From: Penicillus capitatus
Lineage: Eukaryota; Plantae; Chlorophyta
DNA: 64,000 bases
Assembly: GCA_965649825.1 (NCBI GenBank)
Contig: OZ287696.1
Coordinates: 1,035,101-1,099,100 of the forward strand
Direction of reading: 5' to 3'
This document shows positions 1 to 11,520 of the stretch, piece by piece. The position numbers were made by a program, and so were the translations under genes. Position 1 is the stretch's first letter. Each line of letters opens with the position of its first letter. A model generated the notes under the pieces. That model was not told where the DNA came from. It searched no databases and was given only the letters and a program-made list of their open reading frames with translations.

Positions 1-446
1 GACGACAGCCCCTCAAGTGAAAAAAGCAGATCCCGTTGCTGATATGGATCTCCTTGATCTTTCGGATCCTCACGATGCGGCTGCACCATCCAACCAACCA
101 CCATCAGGTCTATTTTTTCTGACTGTTGGAGATGGTGACGGATCTGTTTGTAGATCCCTTTGAACATGTAGATTTGTTGAGTGGCGGAACAAACGGCGTT
201 GCACAAATGGCCACTGTTCCGCCGCCAGCTGCCCAGGCGGCGGCTCCCAATATGCTCGATTTGGATGCTCTGTACGGGAGTTCCTCTACAAATGTCATGC
301 ACAAGGCCCCTCCTCCTGTCCACCATGCTCCGCACATGGGTGCTCCCAGTTTAGGCATCAAGACAGGAATGGCCCCTGCTATGCCCGCCCTCAAAAAACC
401 TGCCACAGCGACAAAGGACGATCCATTTAAGGACTTGCTAGGCTAA
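1..446 (+). CDS. 3' end of a gene (partial); Pro/Ala-rich tail with DPF/DLL motifs, possibly an ANTH/ENTH-type clathrin adaptor
   Basis: Frame open from base 1 (DDSPSSEKADPVADMDLLDLS), GT-AG intron 108-153, then DPFEHVDLL...DDPFKDLLG-TAA. DPF/DLL motifs are typical of endocytic adaptors; no folded domain lies in the window. Confidence 0.4.
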
Positions 447-645
447 GAAAATGATCCTGCACTCAGAGACTCGTTGTTTCGGAACCTGTCTTTGACGGAT
501 ATTTATGCACGAGCGACATGGCAGGTTTGTACGCTCTCAACTACAATTGCATGGCATTATTGTCAAATGTAATGTCCAGCAGATCGCTTCAGATGAGGTC
601 ATCGTCGTTGCATTCGCCTGCTCTGGATCACACCCATCGCGCACA

Positions 646-1305
646 ATGTTGCCTTCGTCTCTGAGCCAAATCTCACGCCCCTCTCTCCTGTGCCCAATGG
701 GTGGCGCCAAACCTTCTGCTGCGACGCGGCGTTCTTCCTACGCGTTGCGACACGCACACGGAACACCTATCTTGGTGACAGAGAGGCCGTGGCAGAGACA
801 CGTAGCAGTGTATGCACGACCAGATGACAGTGGAGCCGGCGTCGCCGATAAGACCGTTCCTACGGCACGTACGCTGTGCCATGCCATTGTGGAGATTCTC
901 GGAGGGTATGGTCTGTCACAGCATTTAAGGCGAAGGATGTGACGGATGCTAATTGGGAGGATGAAGTGCTAAAGAGCCCTGTACCTGTATTCGTTGATTT
1001 TTGGGCTCCTTGGTGTGGCCCTTGTCGAATGATCGGCCCAACGATCGATGAACTCATCGACGAACTGGGAGACAAATTCAAAGCGGTCTCTCTCATTCCT
1101 GCCTTCTTCCCATCTCACTCTTCTCACACATGATCACTTCTAGGTGAAACTGAATACAGACAAGAGCCCAGGGATTGCAACGGAGTACGGCATTCGCAGT
1201 ATTCCGACGTGCATGATATTCAAGGATGGCCAAAAAGTGGACACCATTATTGGCGCCGTTAAGAAACCCATTCTAAAAAGCAGCATCGAGAAATTCTTGA
1301 CATAA
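646..1305 (+). CDS. Plastid thioredoxin, m-type-like
   Basis: [16 protein letters not shown] active site. After an intron (~1086-1143) comes [39 protein letters not shown]...EKFLT-TAA. Ser/Arg-rich N-terminus from ATG 646 resembles a transit peptide. Confidence 0.9.
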
Positions 1306-1603
1306 GGGCGAAGAATGGCAGGACGCTGTGTTTGACTGCATACACCCTTTCGTTTTCACGGGTGTGAATGGAGCTTTTAATAACATTGTTTTTGACAGGC
1401 ATCATTCTCATGGCTTTACCATTTAGCGCATCAATTCCAGATGCGTCATCGGTCTATTGTTTCTGTCGGATAGCTGGAATTGACCCTTTCGCGCAACGAA
1501 GATATTGGCGAACGACTTCTGTTGCCGTCATTCTTGATTCTTCATTCATTTCGCATGCAATCGTCGCCGCGAAGCGTCACGACGACATCCACGTCGTCCT
1601 CGA

Positions 1604-2746
1604 ATGACAGTTCCAGGTGCGTCTCTTCATGCACTCCGTGTACCAGTACGCCCTCCTGCTGTTAGTCCACTGGACGATCGATTGCATGCACTGACCCAGT
1701 CGCCCTCGGACGACGAACTGCCGCAGATTTATGGCGTCCGCGTCCTTGGCGATGGCCCCGACGCTGGACTCTACCAAATTTCTGTTACTGGCTGCGACGG
1801 GGTATCTATTTGTTTGGGATGCTCAAATGGCATCGAAAAGGCGTCCGAAATCTATGACATGGTCACACTCGGACTGCACGGAGGAGACACCGGTCTTAAT
1901 TTCTCACCAAGGCGTTATCACATTGAAGTGTACCTCAACGTTTTGCTCACGTTTCAGAAGCTCTTTCCCGGGAACCTCTTCTGGATGGCCGTCAAGCGCG
2001 GAATCGATGCTGGTGTACGCGTCGACCGACGTAGTCTTCGAACCAATCCAGTACTTAACACATTCTTCAGCTTTGCGACATCTCGACCCAAAGCGACACC
2101 GGAAGCGACATGGATTCCGCGACCCGTGGCCCGATGGCCGCCCTTCTGTCCTCCCTGGCTCCTACCACAAGACGACGGAGAGAGCGAAGCGTCGCCCGTT
2201 TTCGACGCGACGGCGACGGTCGGAGGATTCAGTGGGTCCGACTCGAAGGGCGATGTTTCTGTTGAAGAAAAGGATCAACGCCAGCAAGAGCGCCGAGTCT
2301 ATCGCATCCCACGCAACGGCATTGTCCAGCACCGCGTTCTGAGGCCTTTCGTACCGCCAGGTCTGATCTTTCATGAGAGATCTCGAGCCGAGATCGATGC
2401 GTCGCGCCGAACGCGACGCGGACGATCCGTCAAGCAGCCCGTGCGCTATCGTGAAGACACGCATCTCTACTTCTCCGACTCCGACTCAGTCGACGCAAGG
2501 GCTCTCGCATCCAAAGCGCCGAAACAGGAGACGAGACATATGTTATCGGCAGCAGATCGACGGTCGCCCGTTCCTCAGAGTGGACGGGAGAAGACGACGA
2601 AGATTGCCTCGATTCCTGTCGTCAGAGCTGGAGCGCGTCATCGTCCCGCCGATAGGAGCTCGGATTCTTATGTCGCCCCCGTTTTCCATTCTCTCCCATT
2701 GCGTTGCTACACCCCTCTCAGGAGCAATGCGCCGCATTTCTGTTGA
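1604..2746 (+). CDS. Protein with a divergent AP2/ERF-like DNA-binding domain
   Basis: 380-aa ORF. IYGVRVLG...ICLGCSNGIEKASEIYDMVTLGLHGGDTGLNFSPRRY parallels the AP2 consensus YRGVR...WLGTF.TAEEAARAYD.AA..L.G..A.LNF. The rest is low complexity. Confidence 0.6.
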   Translation: MTVPGASLHALRVPVRPPAVSPLDDRLHALTQSPSDDELPQIYGVRVLGDGPDAGLYQISVTGCDGVSICLGCSNGIEKASEIYDMVTLGLHGGDTGLNFSPRRYHIEVYLNVLLTFQKLFPGNLFWMAVKRGIDAGVRVDRRSLRTNPVLNTFFSFATSRPKATPEATWIPRPVARWPPFCPPWLLPQDDGESEASPVFDATATVGGFSGSDSKGDVSVEEKDQRQQERRVYRIPRNGIVQHRVLRPFVPPGLIFHERSRAEIDASRRTRRGRSVKQPVRYREDTHLYFSDSDSVDARALASKAPKQETRHMLSAADRRSPVPQSGREKTTKIASIPVVRAGARHRPADRSSDSYVAPVFHSLPLRCYTPLRSNAPHFC

Positions 2747-2802
2747 TATTGATTCCGAACGAATGTTTGAATGGGTTTCGTTATCGACGCTTTCTCCGCG
2801 AG

Positions 2803-4513
2803 ATGCTTGACAGCGACGACGACGCAACGTCTCTGGAAGTGTTCTACGTCGGGGCGGTCATTTCGATGACCCCTGCACTGTGTAAGAACAGCGCTAAGTG
2901 GAGACGCTATGATAAAGGCCATACGCAGTGCGAAAGGGTATGAGAAGGTTGACGCCTCGCCACGACGATAGTCGGTATCTCCCTCCCTATGGACGTCACT
3001 CTTCGTGAGGTCGTCGCTCTTCAGCCTTGTCAATTTCTGCATCGAGTTTGCGGCACTGATCGTTCCCATTCTGGGTCTTATGGGAGATCTCGTTCGGCCT
3101 CTTCACGCCTTTCTCATTGTTTTCCCGTGTTTCTCACTCTTCTTCCTGCAATCCGTCTTGCGACTTTCGCCCGAAGCTGCTGCCGATCGACTGCTGAACA
3201 TGACGCAGCGCCGATGGAGGTTGGCATCGTGCACGACGAGGCATAGCGGTCATTGCGATCGGCTGAAGGTATCTGGATGAGTTTCGTGGAGATTTCATGA
3301 TGTCCACCTGCATGGCCATTCTCTCCGTGGATTTCCCACTGTTTCCGGATCGATTTATGAAGTCTGCAGAATACGGAACGTCTGTCATGGACGTCGGCCC
3401 AGGAGGCATCGTTTTCGCCGGAGGACTTGTGTTTTCTCTCGGCCATCCTTCACGGTACGTCACATCTCACACACGACTTTCTCTCAATGCGCAACACAGC
3501 ACAGCGAAATGGAGACAGTCTCGCTGCCTGTTCCTCTTTGGTCTCATAAGACTGGTGGCTACGACCATCACGGGATACCAAGTACCTTCATCCTTCTTCC
3601 GATCATCATCGGAGGAACGCGTCATGCTCAGGTCGAAGTCAGCGAGTACGGTAGAGACTGGAATTTTTTCTTTACATTGTCTGGTGTTGCCCTTTGTGCT
3701 GGGTGTTTTCCAGCGACGTTCAGTCAGAGAGCGCTCGTGATGGTACCTATGCTCTTGGCCTACCAAACGCTTCTCAGTCTCGGTGATTTCCAACGCTTCG
3801 CCGTCTGTGATTGTTTCACCTTGATGGATGTGACAGGACTAACGGCCACGATTCACGATGACGATCACGAAAGCAGTATTCTGCGACGGGACAAAGAGGG
3901 TATCTGTTCCTTGATTGGCTATTGTGGACTCTTCTGTATGGGAAGCATTATCTCCCAATTTCTGAAGCAGTCTGCACAGTATCGCCATACTCGAAGCCAG
4001 AAGTCTGAAAAGATGTCCAAGAGATGGGGACCGAAAGAACAGCTCGTCCTCTGGTGGCTCTCTGTCGCTGCATTTGTGACAGTGCTCTTTGCTGCCATGC
4101 ATCTCTGCTGTACCTGGATCGAACCCGTTTCCAGGCGAGCCTGCAATTTGAGTTACGTTCTGTGGATGGTGGCCTACCATACCTGTCAGTGTTTCTGGAA
4201 AATCTCGCTACAGGTTCGCTCGAATCTACGAGGTTTTCACCAAAGCCCGTTTTCCTGTCCAGATCAGCGACGGCATGGATGCCGTGCAGTTGTCCAGATC
4301 CATCAATCGGAATCTCTTCGGCGTCTTTCTTTTGGCAAATCTGTGCACCGGCGCCGTCAATTTCGCCATACCGACGGCAAAGCAGAGCACTTCCACGGCA
4401 TTCCTGATTTTGAGTACATAATCGTCGAATCCTTCCCCTACAGTCGTCACGTTCGCCTGATCTGCAGGTCTCTATGCGTTGCTTATCTGTTTGTGCGCCT
4501 CCGAAGCGGATAG
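2803..4513 (+). CDS. PIGW: GPI inositol acyltransferase PIG-W/GWT1 (multi-exon; start approximate)
   Basis: Family motifs across exons: MMSTCMAILSVDFPLFPDRFMKSAEYGTSVMDVGPGG, VSEYGRDWNFFFTL, EPVSRRACNLSYVLWMVAY; many hydrophobic helices. Confidence 0.9.
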
Positions 4514-4818
4514 AAAACAAGTCTACTACAGGTGGTAATTTCGATGGCGCTGGTCGACAGCTTCCACATGTAACGCGCTTCCCCGACGAGACACGCTTTC
4601 TCGCTTCGTAGACGGTTAGTTGGTTGGCCAGCCGACTCATAATTCAGATTCGAGTTTCGTGTCTGCTCGTGTCCGTCCGTCCATCAGTTTAAAGAATTTA
4701 ACCTTTCTCTGTCGCCGCTTTTTAGGAATTCTTGGGCGGTGGTTTCTTTATCTGACCGGTAGGCACACATTTCGTGCCATCCACCTCAACATAGCTTCGA
4801 TTCTGCTGCGTTCTCAAC

Positions 4819-7800
4819 ATGGCTGACGTCAGACACAACTCTGGCTCCGCCGTGTCGTCGAATGCTACGGTTTTAGGACATCCCGAGCCCAAGCCCGTTC
4901 TCTTCGGACGGCGCTCCGCCAAGATGGATCCAAGATATCTACAACGATCATTCGCAGGAAGACCAGACAACCTCTGCGTCTGCTTCAGCGTATTGTCCTC
5001 GAGACGAGACCAAGTCTTTCAGAGGTGAAGGATGGATGTACTTAAGACCAACCACACAAACCGTTTGCTCAGGGGCAGAAGCCGAAGTGACGATTGAGCG
5101 GATGAGGACATTGGAAAGCGGCGAGGCGTTGAGAGGAACTGCTTTAGATATGGCTATGTCTGTCGTCCGAGGAGAACTGACCCTTCAACCACCGACGGCA
5201 ACGCATCGTTCCACGCATTCCTCACAGATGGAGCCAGAAAGGACAGCGGGGCCTTCCGGTGCAACACCGACAGCTACGGATGTCTACCGTCTCCCGACAG
5301 ACGAAAGGGAACTGAGCGCATCGATCGGACTGGATGCTCCAGACATGGAAGGAAAGACCGCTCTGTTTACGGCTGTCGTCAATGAAAACGTAGAAATGGC
5401 ACGGACATTGGTCGAGCGAGGTGCCAGCGTCGACGCCCGTGCAGGCCGAGAGGTCGGTACTCCATTCCCTCATCATGATCCGCTCTGCATTGCTGTGTAG
5501 CATGCCTATCGCCCATTACATGCTGCAGCTGCCCTGGGTAGCATCCCAATGATGCGACTGTTGTTAGATCATGGCGCATCGATCGACGCAGGAGACAGCA
5601 CAGGATGGCCGCCGATTTTCTTCGCCTGTCAGAACGGAAGCAGAGAGGCTGTCGAATTGCTGATTGCATACAGAGCAAATCTGGCTGTATGCGCACACAC
5701 CCAAGTGACATGTCTCATGGTCGCCGTACGTGCCGATGATCCAAGCCTCATCTATCTGCTGGTACGCAAAGGCGCATCACTCAATGCTCAGGATGATCAT
5801 GGATTTACTGCATTGCACTTCTGTGCACAAGAAGGATTCGAAAGAGCAGCGATGGCACTTCTTCAATGCGATGCAGATGTCAATAAACCGGCTTGGGGCG
5901 GCAGAACGCCATTGCATATCGCAGCCGAGCGCGGATACACACACATTGCACAGAGATATATCGATGCAGGGGCGGCTGTCACCGCCAGAGATGACAGTGG
6001 GTTTCCTCCCGTTATCAATGCCCTTGTCGAATGTGATAGTACGATGATCAAGCTCTTAGTGGATAGTGGAGCAGATTTGGATGTCCGTAACGAAGAGAAC
6101 GGAATCACGTCTTTGATGGCGGCGGCTATGAAAGGATCCGAATCTGTCGTGCGTTTGTGCCTCGAAGCAGGATGCAGTGTCGCAGCACGGGATAAAGATA
6201 ACTGGACGGCTCTGCATTTCGCCGTCAAGGGCAACAGCTTTGAGACGGTTAAGATGCTGCTCAATAAGGGATCCGAAGTGGATGCCAAAGCGCACGATGA
6301 CATGACGCCCCTGCTTATGGCTATATGGAATGGAAATCTGCCCATTGTGCAGCTCCTGGTGAAGCATGGGGCAGATATCTTTGCCAGAGGACGCAATAGA
6401 CTGTCGGCATGTCACTTGGCTGTCCTGGGACCATCACAGACGTCACCCGTCAACGAAGATCTCATTCGATTTCTCCTCTCCAAGGGAGCAGACATTCATG
6501 CCATCGACCGCCATACTAACACACCACTTCATGCAGCATCCATCAGCGGAAAAGTCGACGCTGTGGAGCTTCTGTTAGCTCTCAACGCAAACGTCGAAAT
6601 GGAAAACGAACATGGGGGCACACCATTGAACAGCATCTGCTCAGAAGGCAACATCGATGTTGCCCGTGTCCTGGTGGAAAAAGGAAATGCAAACGTTGGA
6701 TCGCGAAACGTGACTGGAGGACATCCACTGCACATCTGTGCGGAAAAGGGGCATTATGATCTCGCTGCTTATTTGATTTCCAAAGGCGCACCTGTCAATT
6801 CAGCAGATCGAGAAGGCCGTTCATCTCTGTCCGTGGCCGTCGCACAGAAACACACACGCATTGTACAGCTGCTCTTAGAACACGAGGCCGAACTGACAGC
6901 AGAGAGGGCAGATGGAAGGAGTCTGCTTTTCCTGGCAACAGTCGATGCCAGTCTAGATATCATGGAGCTGTTGCTGAAGTATGGAGCCGATGTCAACCAA
7001 GCCGGAGAACGTGGAATCACTCCTCTTTTCGTTGCCTGTAACAATCACCAACCAGAAGTGGCCCGTTTGCTTCTGGTCCATCACGCAGATCCCAATGCCG
7101 CGACAGATGACTACTACACACCTTTGCTCTTAGCCGTTGTTCACAATGACGAGCGATTGGTTAAAGATCTACTGGACGCTGGTGCCCATCCCGATCCAGT
7201 ACCATCAACCGTCGTTCGACACAGTCCACTGCACTTGGCTGTAAATCACAAGAACATTGCCATCGTCGGTTTGCTGCTCTCAAAGGGAGCCGATGTAAAT
7301 GTGAGGGGCAGCAACGGAACGCCGCTCTTCTGTGCCGTCGTCGATGGACATGCAGAGATGACAAATCGCCTATTGGGCGCTGGAGCCAATCCCTGTTATC
7401 GAATGGCTGATGGGACAACACCTCTGTACATTGCAGCCAAGCATGGGCATCACCACATTGTAAAGATGCTCATTGAGCACGGTGCCGATGTCAATGTTCG
7501 GACATCCGAAGGCATCACAGCTCTGCACTCTGCCTTGCACATTTGTGATTCGCAAACGGTCGATGTTCTCATTCAAAGTAGAGCAGACGTCAATGAGAAA
7601 CTGAAAGTACAGAGAATCTCACTCTCTTGTCCATCCATCCGTGATATGGGTTCGGATGCGATTCAGGGATCGATGCCTCCGATCTGCATCGGAGCTATGG
7701 GCAATGCTCCGGGATGTGTGAAGCTGCTGATCGATGCCGGAGCAGATGTTGATGCTGTCGACACTGTAAGAATCCTCCACGCTCTATGCGAGGCAAACGC

Positions 7801-8719
7801 TCGACTGTCGTTTTCATCTAGGATGGTGAGACAGCGCTTTACACAGCATCCCTTAGGGGATACGTTGAGGTGGTTCGCATTTTGCTCATGGCGAATGCCG
7901 ATCCCAATATCTTCAGCAAAGTCCAGACGCGTGTCGACCTCCACCCACACGACTGAGATATTCTGTTTTGCATGGCAGAGAGGGGCAACGGCGTTGCATG
8001 TCAGCGCCCAAGAAAATCACGAAGAGGTTGTCAAGCTGCTTCTAGCGAATGGCGCCAAACCCTTCCTTCGCACCAGTGTAAGGAGCTGCATTTTTGATGC
8101 TGCTTGATCTCTATGTCCAGGATGGCAGATTGGCACTGAACATTGCCTCGGGCAGGGGATCTGTCGGAGTTGCGACAGCTCTGGCCGATCGAATGCAACA
8201 ACTAAGAGTTAGAACAGATTCGTTGCATGATGTCGTCGATGACGTGGAAGGTGATCCGCCTGTAGGAGAACAGGAGGAGAGAGAAAGCCGCAGCACAGTC
8301 CGCGTCAGAGGCCTCGGTTCGAACAGTACGGACACAGCAAGATACCATCATAACTGGATCCCAAGCGGTAAGTCCTTCTCGAGGGTACATCCATAAGGCC
8401 ATTGGGATGATAGGGGAGCCTGACCACATCGGACTACCGTCAAATGGAAGTAGCGATTCCGGACACCTACCGGTGTCCCATCACCATGAGCCTCATGTCC
8501 GACCCTGTCGTTGCTGCGGATGGCCATTCCTACGAAAGAGAAGCCATCACTAAATGGATCAGAAGTCGCGGATGTTCGCCGCTGACCAAAGCGCCTCTGT
8601 CTCTCGACATGTTGGTACCCAATCTGAATCTGAAACAGCAGATCGAAGAATTTCGCATGAGAACACAGTCCGTACTCTCACCCCTCAGCACGACTCAAAC
8701 GACGTCGCCATCTCAGTGA
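4819..8719 (+). CDS. Ankyrin-repeat protein with C-terminal U-box (E3 ubiquitin ligase); multi-exon, start approximate
   Basis: About 20 GxTPLHxAA-type ankyrin repeats in 5360-8150. U-box IPDTYRCPITMSLMSDPVVAADGHSYEREAITKWI...SPLT...LVPNLNLKQQIEEF at 8444-8719. GT-AG introns, e.g. ~5453-5500 and ~8077-8120. Confidence 0.85.
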
Positions 8720-8885
8720 TCTCTGCTGCCTTTTTTCGACATCATCCTTCGGTCGTCGGGAGGTCGGGATCGTTTTATCTTCCGTCATTGTTGTCTGAAG
8801 TGATTCCTCCATCTGAATGGCCTGACAGCTGGGCTCGTCATTGTTCGCAAGCATGAGCGCGAGCGTTTAATACAAATGCGCATCT

Positions 8886-11228
8886 TTACATTCCACGTTT
8901 CTTCGCGTTTCGTTCTTTACGGTGGTGATGCTGATCGCCTCTGCCTCTTCCGCGACGTCCACGACCTCGTGAAGCGGGTTGTGATGATGAAGATGCAGGA
9001 GGGTTTGTGGCAAAGGTCTCCGATCGGTTGCCTCCACGGCCCAGACCATGAATGACTTCTTCTCTATTGCTGGCGGCCAACTTGGCGCTGCTGAGATTGG
9101 AAACGGCAATGGCGCCTTCCTTAGGTGCATGATAGATCTTGTTATCTTTGACGTAGTATGGTTTGTTGCTTTTTGACGAGGCATCGCGACTGTCATCTCC
9201 CTCGACATCTGCCTGACCGTCGGCGCCGCCAATTGCTCCAAGATCGTCATAGGAATCGTCGTATTCGTCGTCGTAAAAATCCGTCAGCAGTTCATTGGCC
9301 TGACGGATGACGATTTGGCGAATCTCAAATCCAGGTTGATCCAGGACCTTGGCCGTTTCTCTGTCCACCTTGGCACGACTGTTGCCAACTTTGACCTACA
9401 CCGCAAAAACGTCAGGCGCCGCCCAGAGTTACAAGCACGGGCACTGCGTCCGACCTTGGCCCAGTCTTTGATATCACTCGTCTGCGGCGGCTTCTCATTA
9501 TACCGTGCGTACCAACCAGGTCCAATCTGATCTGGAAATAGAAACTGCTTGAAGTACGTCTGTCGAGATGTCGTGTTGTCGACTGCATTGGAGGACGACG
9601 GTTTATCCGGCCGTTGCTCGCCACTATCCAGAGCCATGTACGGATCCAGACTCGATAGACTGGACGGCAGCTCACCATCCAGCAGACACGCAATCACCTG
9701 ACATCACTCCCGAATCCCTCAATGATGTGACGTACAGGGGCTACCTACCTGCTCAGTGTCTAGGTTGAATTCGAGAAGACACCGCTCGAGAAAGCCATCG
9801 CCGTGGTCAGGAAGGACATCTTTTATCTCCTGGATCTTGGAAAGCAGAGTGGCTCGTTGGATGTCATCTGGATGGTCTTGAGAATTGGACGGTTCTGTCA
9901 CAAAGGGGAGCTTCTCTGGAGGCGTCGTCGTTTTCGGCAACCGAGGTCGGGCATTCGTCTGAACCAGCATACTGAGATAATCGAACTGGGCGTCATCCAG
10001 CAAAAGGTACCCCTACACTTCACTGTCGTCAGTGTGCACACGGGCGGGCACATCACCTCTTCAATGGCTTCGATGATTCGGTTGCCGAACTGAAAACGTT
10101 CAGCAATTCTGTGTAGAAGAGAGCACGATGCATCCGTTTCTTCCAGATCAGCGATGGACATAATAATCTTCATGAATTCATGTCCACGTTCCGCTGAGGC
10201 CTATTCCACAACCCAAATGCCACACGAAGACACGGCCGAGAACGGCGACCTCTCTTCGGTCATGTACCGTGGCATGCACGGGATCGTCGAGGAAGGATGA
10301 CTTCAGCAAGAGAAAGGTCGTCTTCTCGAGGGCCAACATAACGACATGCAGCTGTCTCAGCATCTCGTCCATGTCCTTCTTCACAAAGCCAGCCGTCCGG
10401 AGTGCCCGATCGAATTGCGGCAGAAGAATATCGTGCAGATGTGCCATACGCTCAAGCAGTTGAGCCCCGTTCTTGAAAAACATCCGACTTGCCGGCGGGA
10501 AGATCTCCATCAGTCGTACAAAGTTGAGACAGATGTCGAGATGATAATGCAGCACGTCCGTCCATCCGACCATTCCCGTTTCATTCCCCAGTCGAATCTG
10601 CGCAAGCGCTTCGTGGCATCTCTCCTGCAGGATAAAGAGATTGTCCAGCGTGATGGACATCATCTCCGACAAATCCTCCGCCCTTTTCGGCTGTCGCTCA
10701 AAGAGCATATTGACGACGTGCTGCACCAGATCCCGATTGTCTTCTCCATAAAGCGTACAGAAATCGAAGATCTGAGGCACATCCAGGACACGTTGATCAT
10801 GAAGCCATCTGGTTCGTCTCTGCAACTCGACAGTCGAGATCTTCTCCGGCACCATCACGCTGCACCATAACGTTGTTAGCAGCCAGCCAGACATACCTCG
10901 CAAGATACAGGCGTAGGACGAAGAAGAAGTACTGTTGTGTGAGGCGTTTCAGGGTCGTCGAGTCAAGGTGTGTGGTGTCGTGGCTGTCGCAAGGACGTTG
11001 CCGATAGTGCAGAAAAGCGTCGAGTGAGAGACAGAGGGAGGGATTGTCCACCACTGCCTTCCAGAAATCGGCGTCGTCCAGGCGTAGCAACCAAGCGAGG
11101 TCTTGCGTCATCATTCGCAACACCGTCTCGCTTTCGGGCAACGTCACGGCGTTATCCCCGGGCAAGAAACGCAGAAAGGCTCTTTCCCCCGCCCGTGGCC
11201 TTTGTTCAAATGCACCGCGTCGCGACAT
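8886..11228 (-). CDS. ASCC2: Activating signal cointegrator 1 complex subunit 2 (CUE-domain protein)
   Basis: N-terminal DLAWLLRLDDADFWKAVVDNPSLCLSLDAFL, CUE-like SKIQEIKDVLPDHGDGFLERCLLEFNLDTEQV, acidic YDDEYDDSYDD and terminal HHRKERNAKKRGM match the ASCC2 architecture. Confidence 0.85.
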
Positions 11229-11261
11229 GATGATGCCGTTCTTCACGGGTAATCCGTACGA
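11229..11261. promoter_or_regulatory. 33-nt spacer between divergent ASCC2 and COA5 start codons (inferred bidirectional promoter region)
   Basis: CAT at 11226-11228 and ATG at 11262-11264. Promoter function is inferred from geometry only. Confidence 0.5.
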
Positions 11262-11512
11262 ATGTCGAAGTCGTGTGTGGGTCTGCTGCGCGAATTAGTT
11301 GCCTGTGCGATCGAGAGCCCCTGCTACAAAGTGCGACCTTCTGCAGACCATGGACACGGTATCATACGTGTGATGGACGTGTGCAGGAGACCCAAGACGT
11401 GAAACAGTGCTTGAAGGAAGAACAGTGCCGCAAATTTCGCGACGCTTACTTTCAGTGCAAAAGGGGTCAACTGGACATGCGCACGCGCATTCGTGGCAAC
11501 AAAGGTTATTGA
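11262..11512 (+). CDS. COA5: Cytochrome c oxidase assembly factor 5 (PET191 family)
   Basis: Spliced: MSKSCVGLLRELVACAIESPCYK / ETQDVKQCLKEEQCRKFRDAYFQCKRGQLDMRTRIRGNKGY-TGA. Paired Cys and the CKRGQ.DMR.RIRGNKGY C-terminus are characteristic of plant PET191. Confidence 0.9.
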
Positions 11513-11520
11513 CTGAGACG

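Noticed and set aside
8444-8719. Stand-alone small U-box gene
   Set aside because: Follows the ankyrin exons on the same strand after intron-sized gaps with no room for a promoter. Treated as the last exon, pending transcripts.
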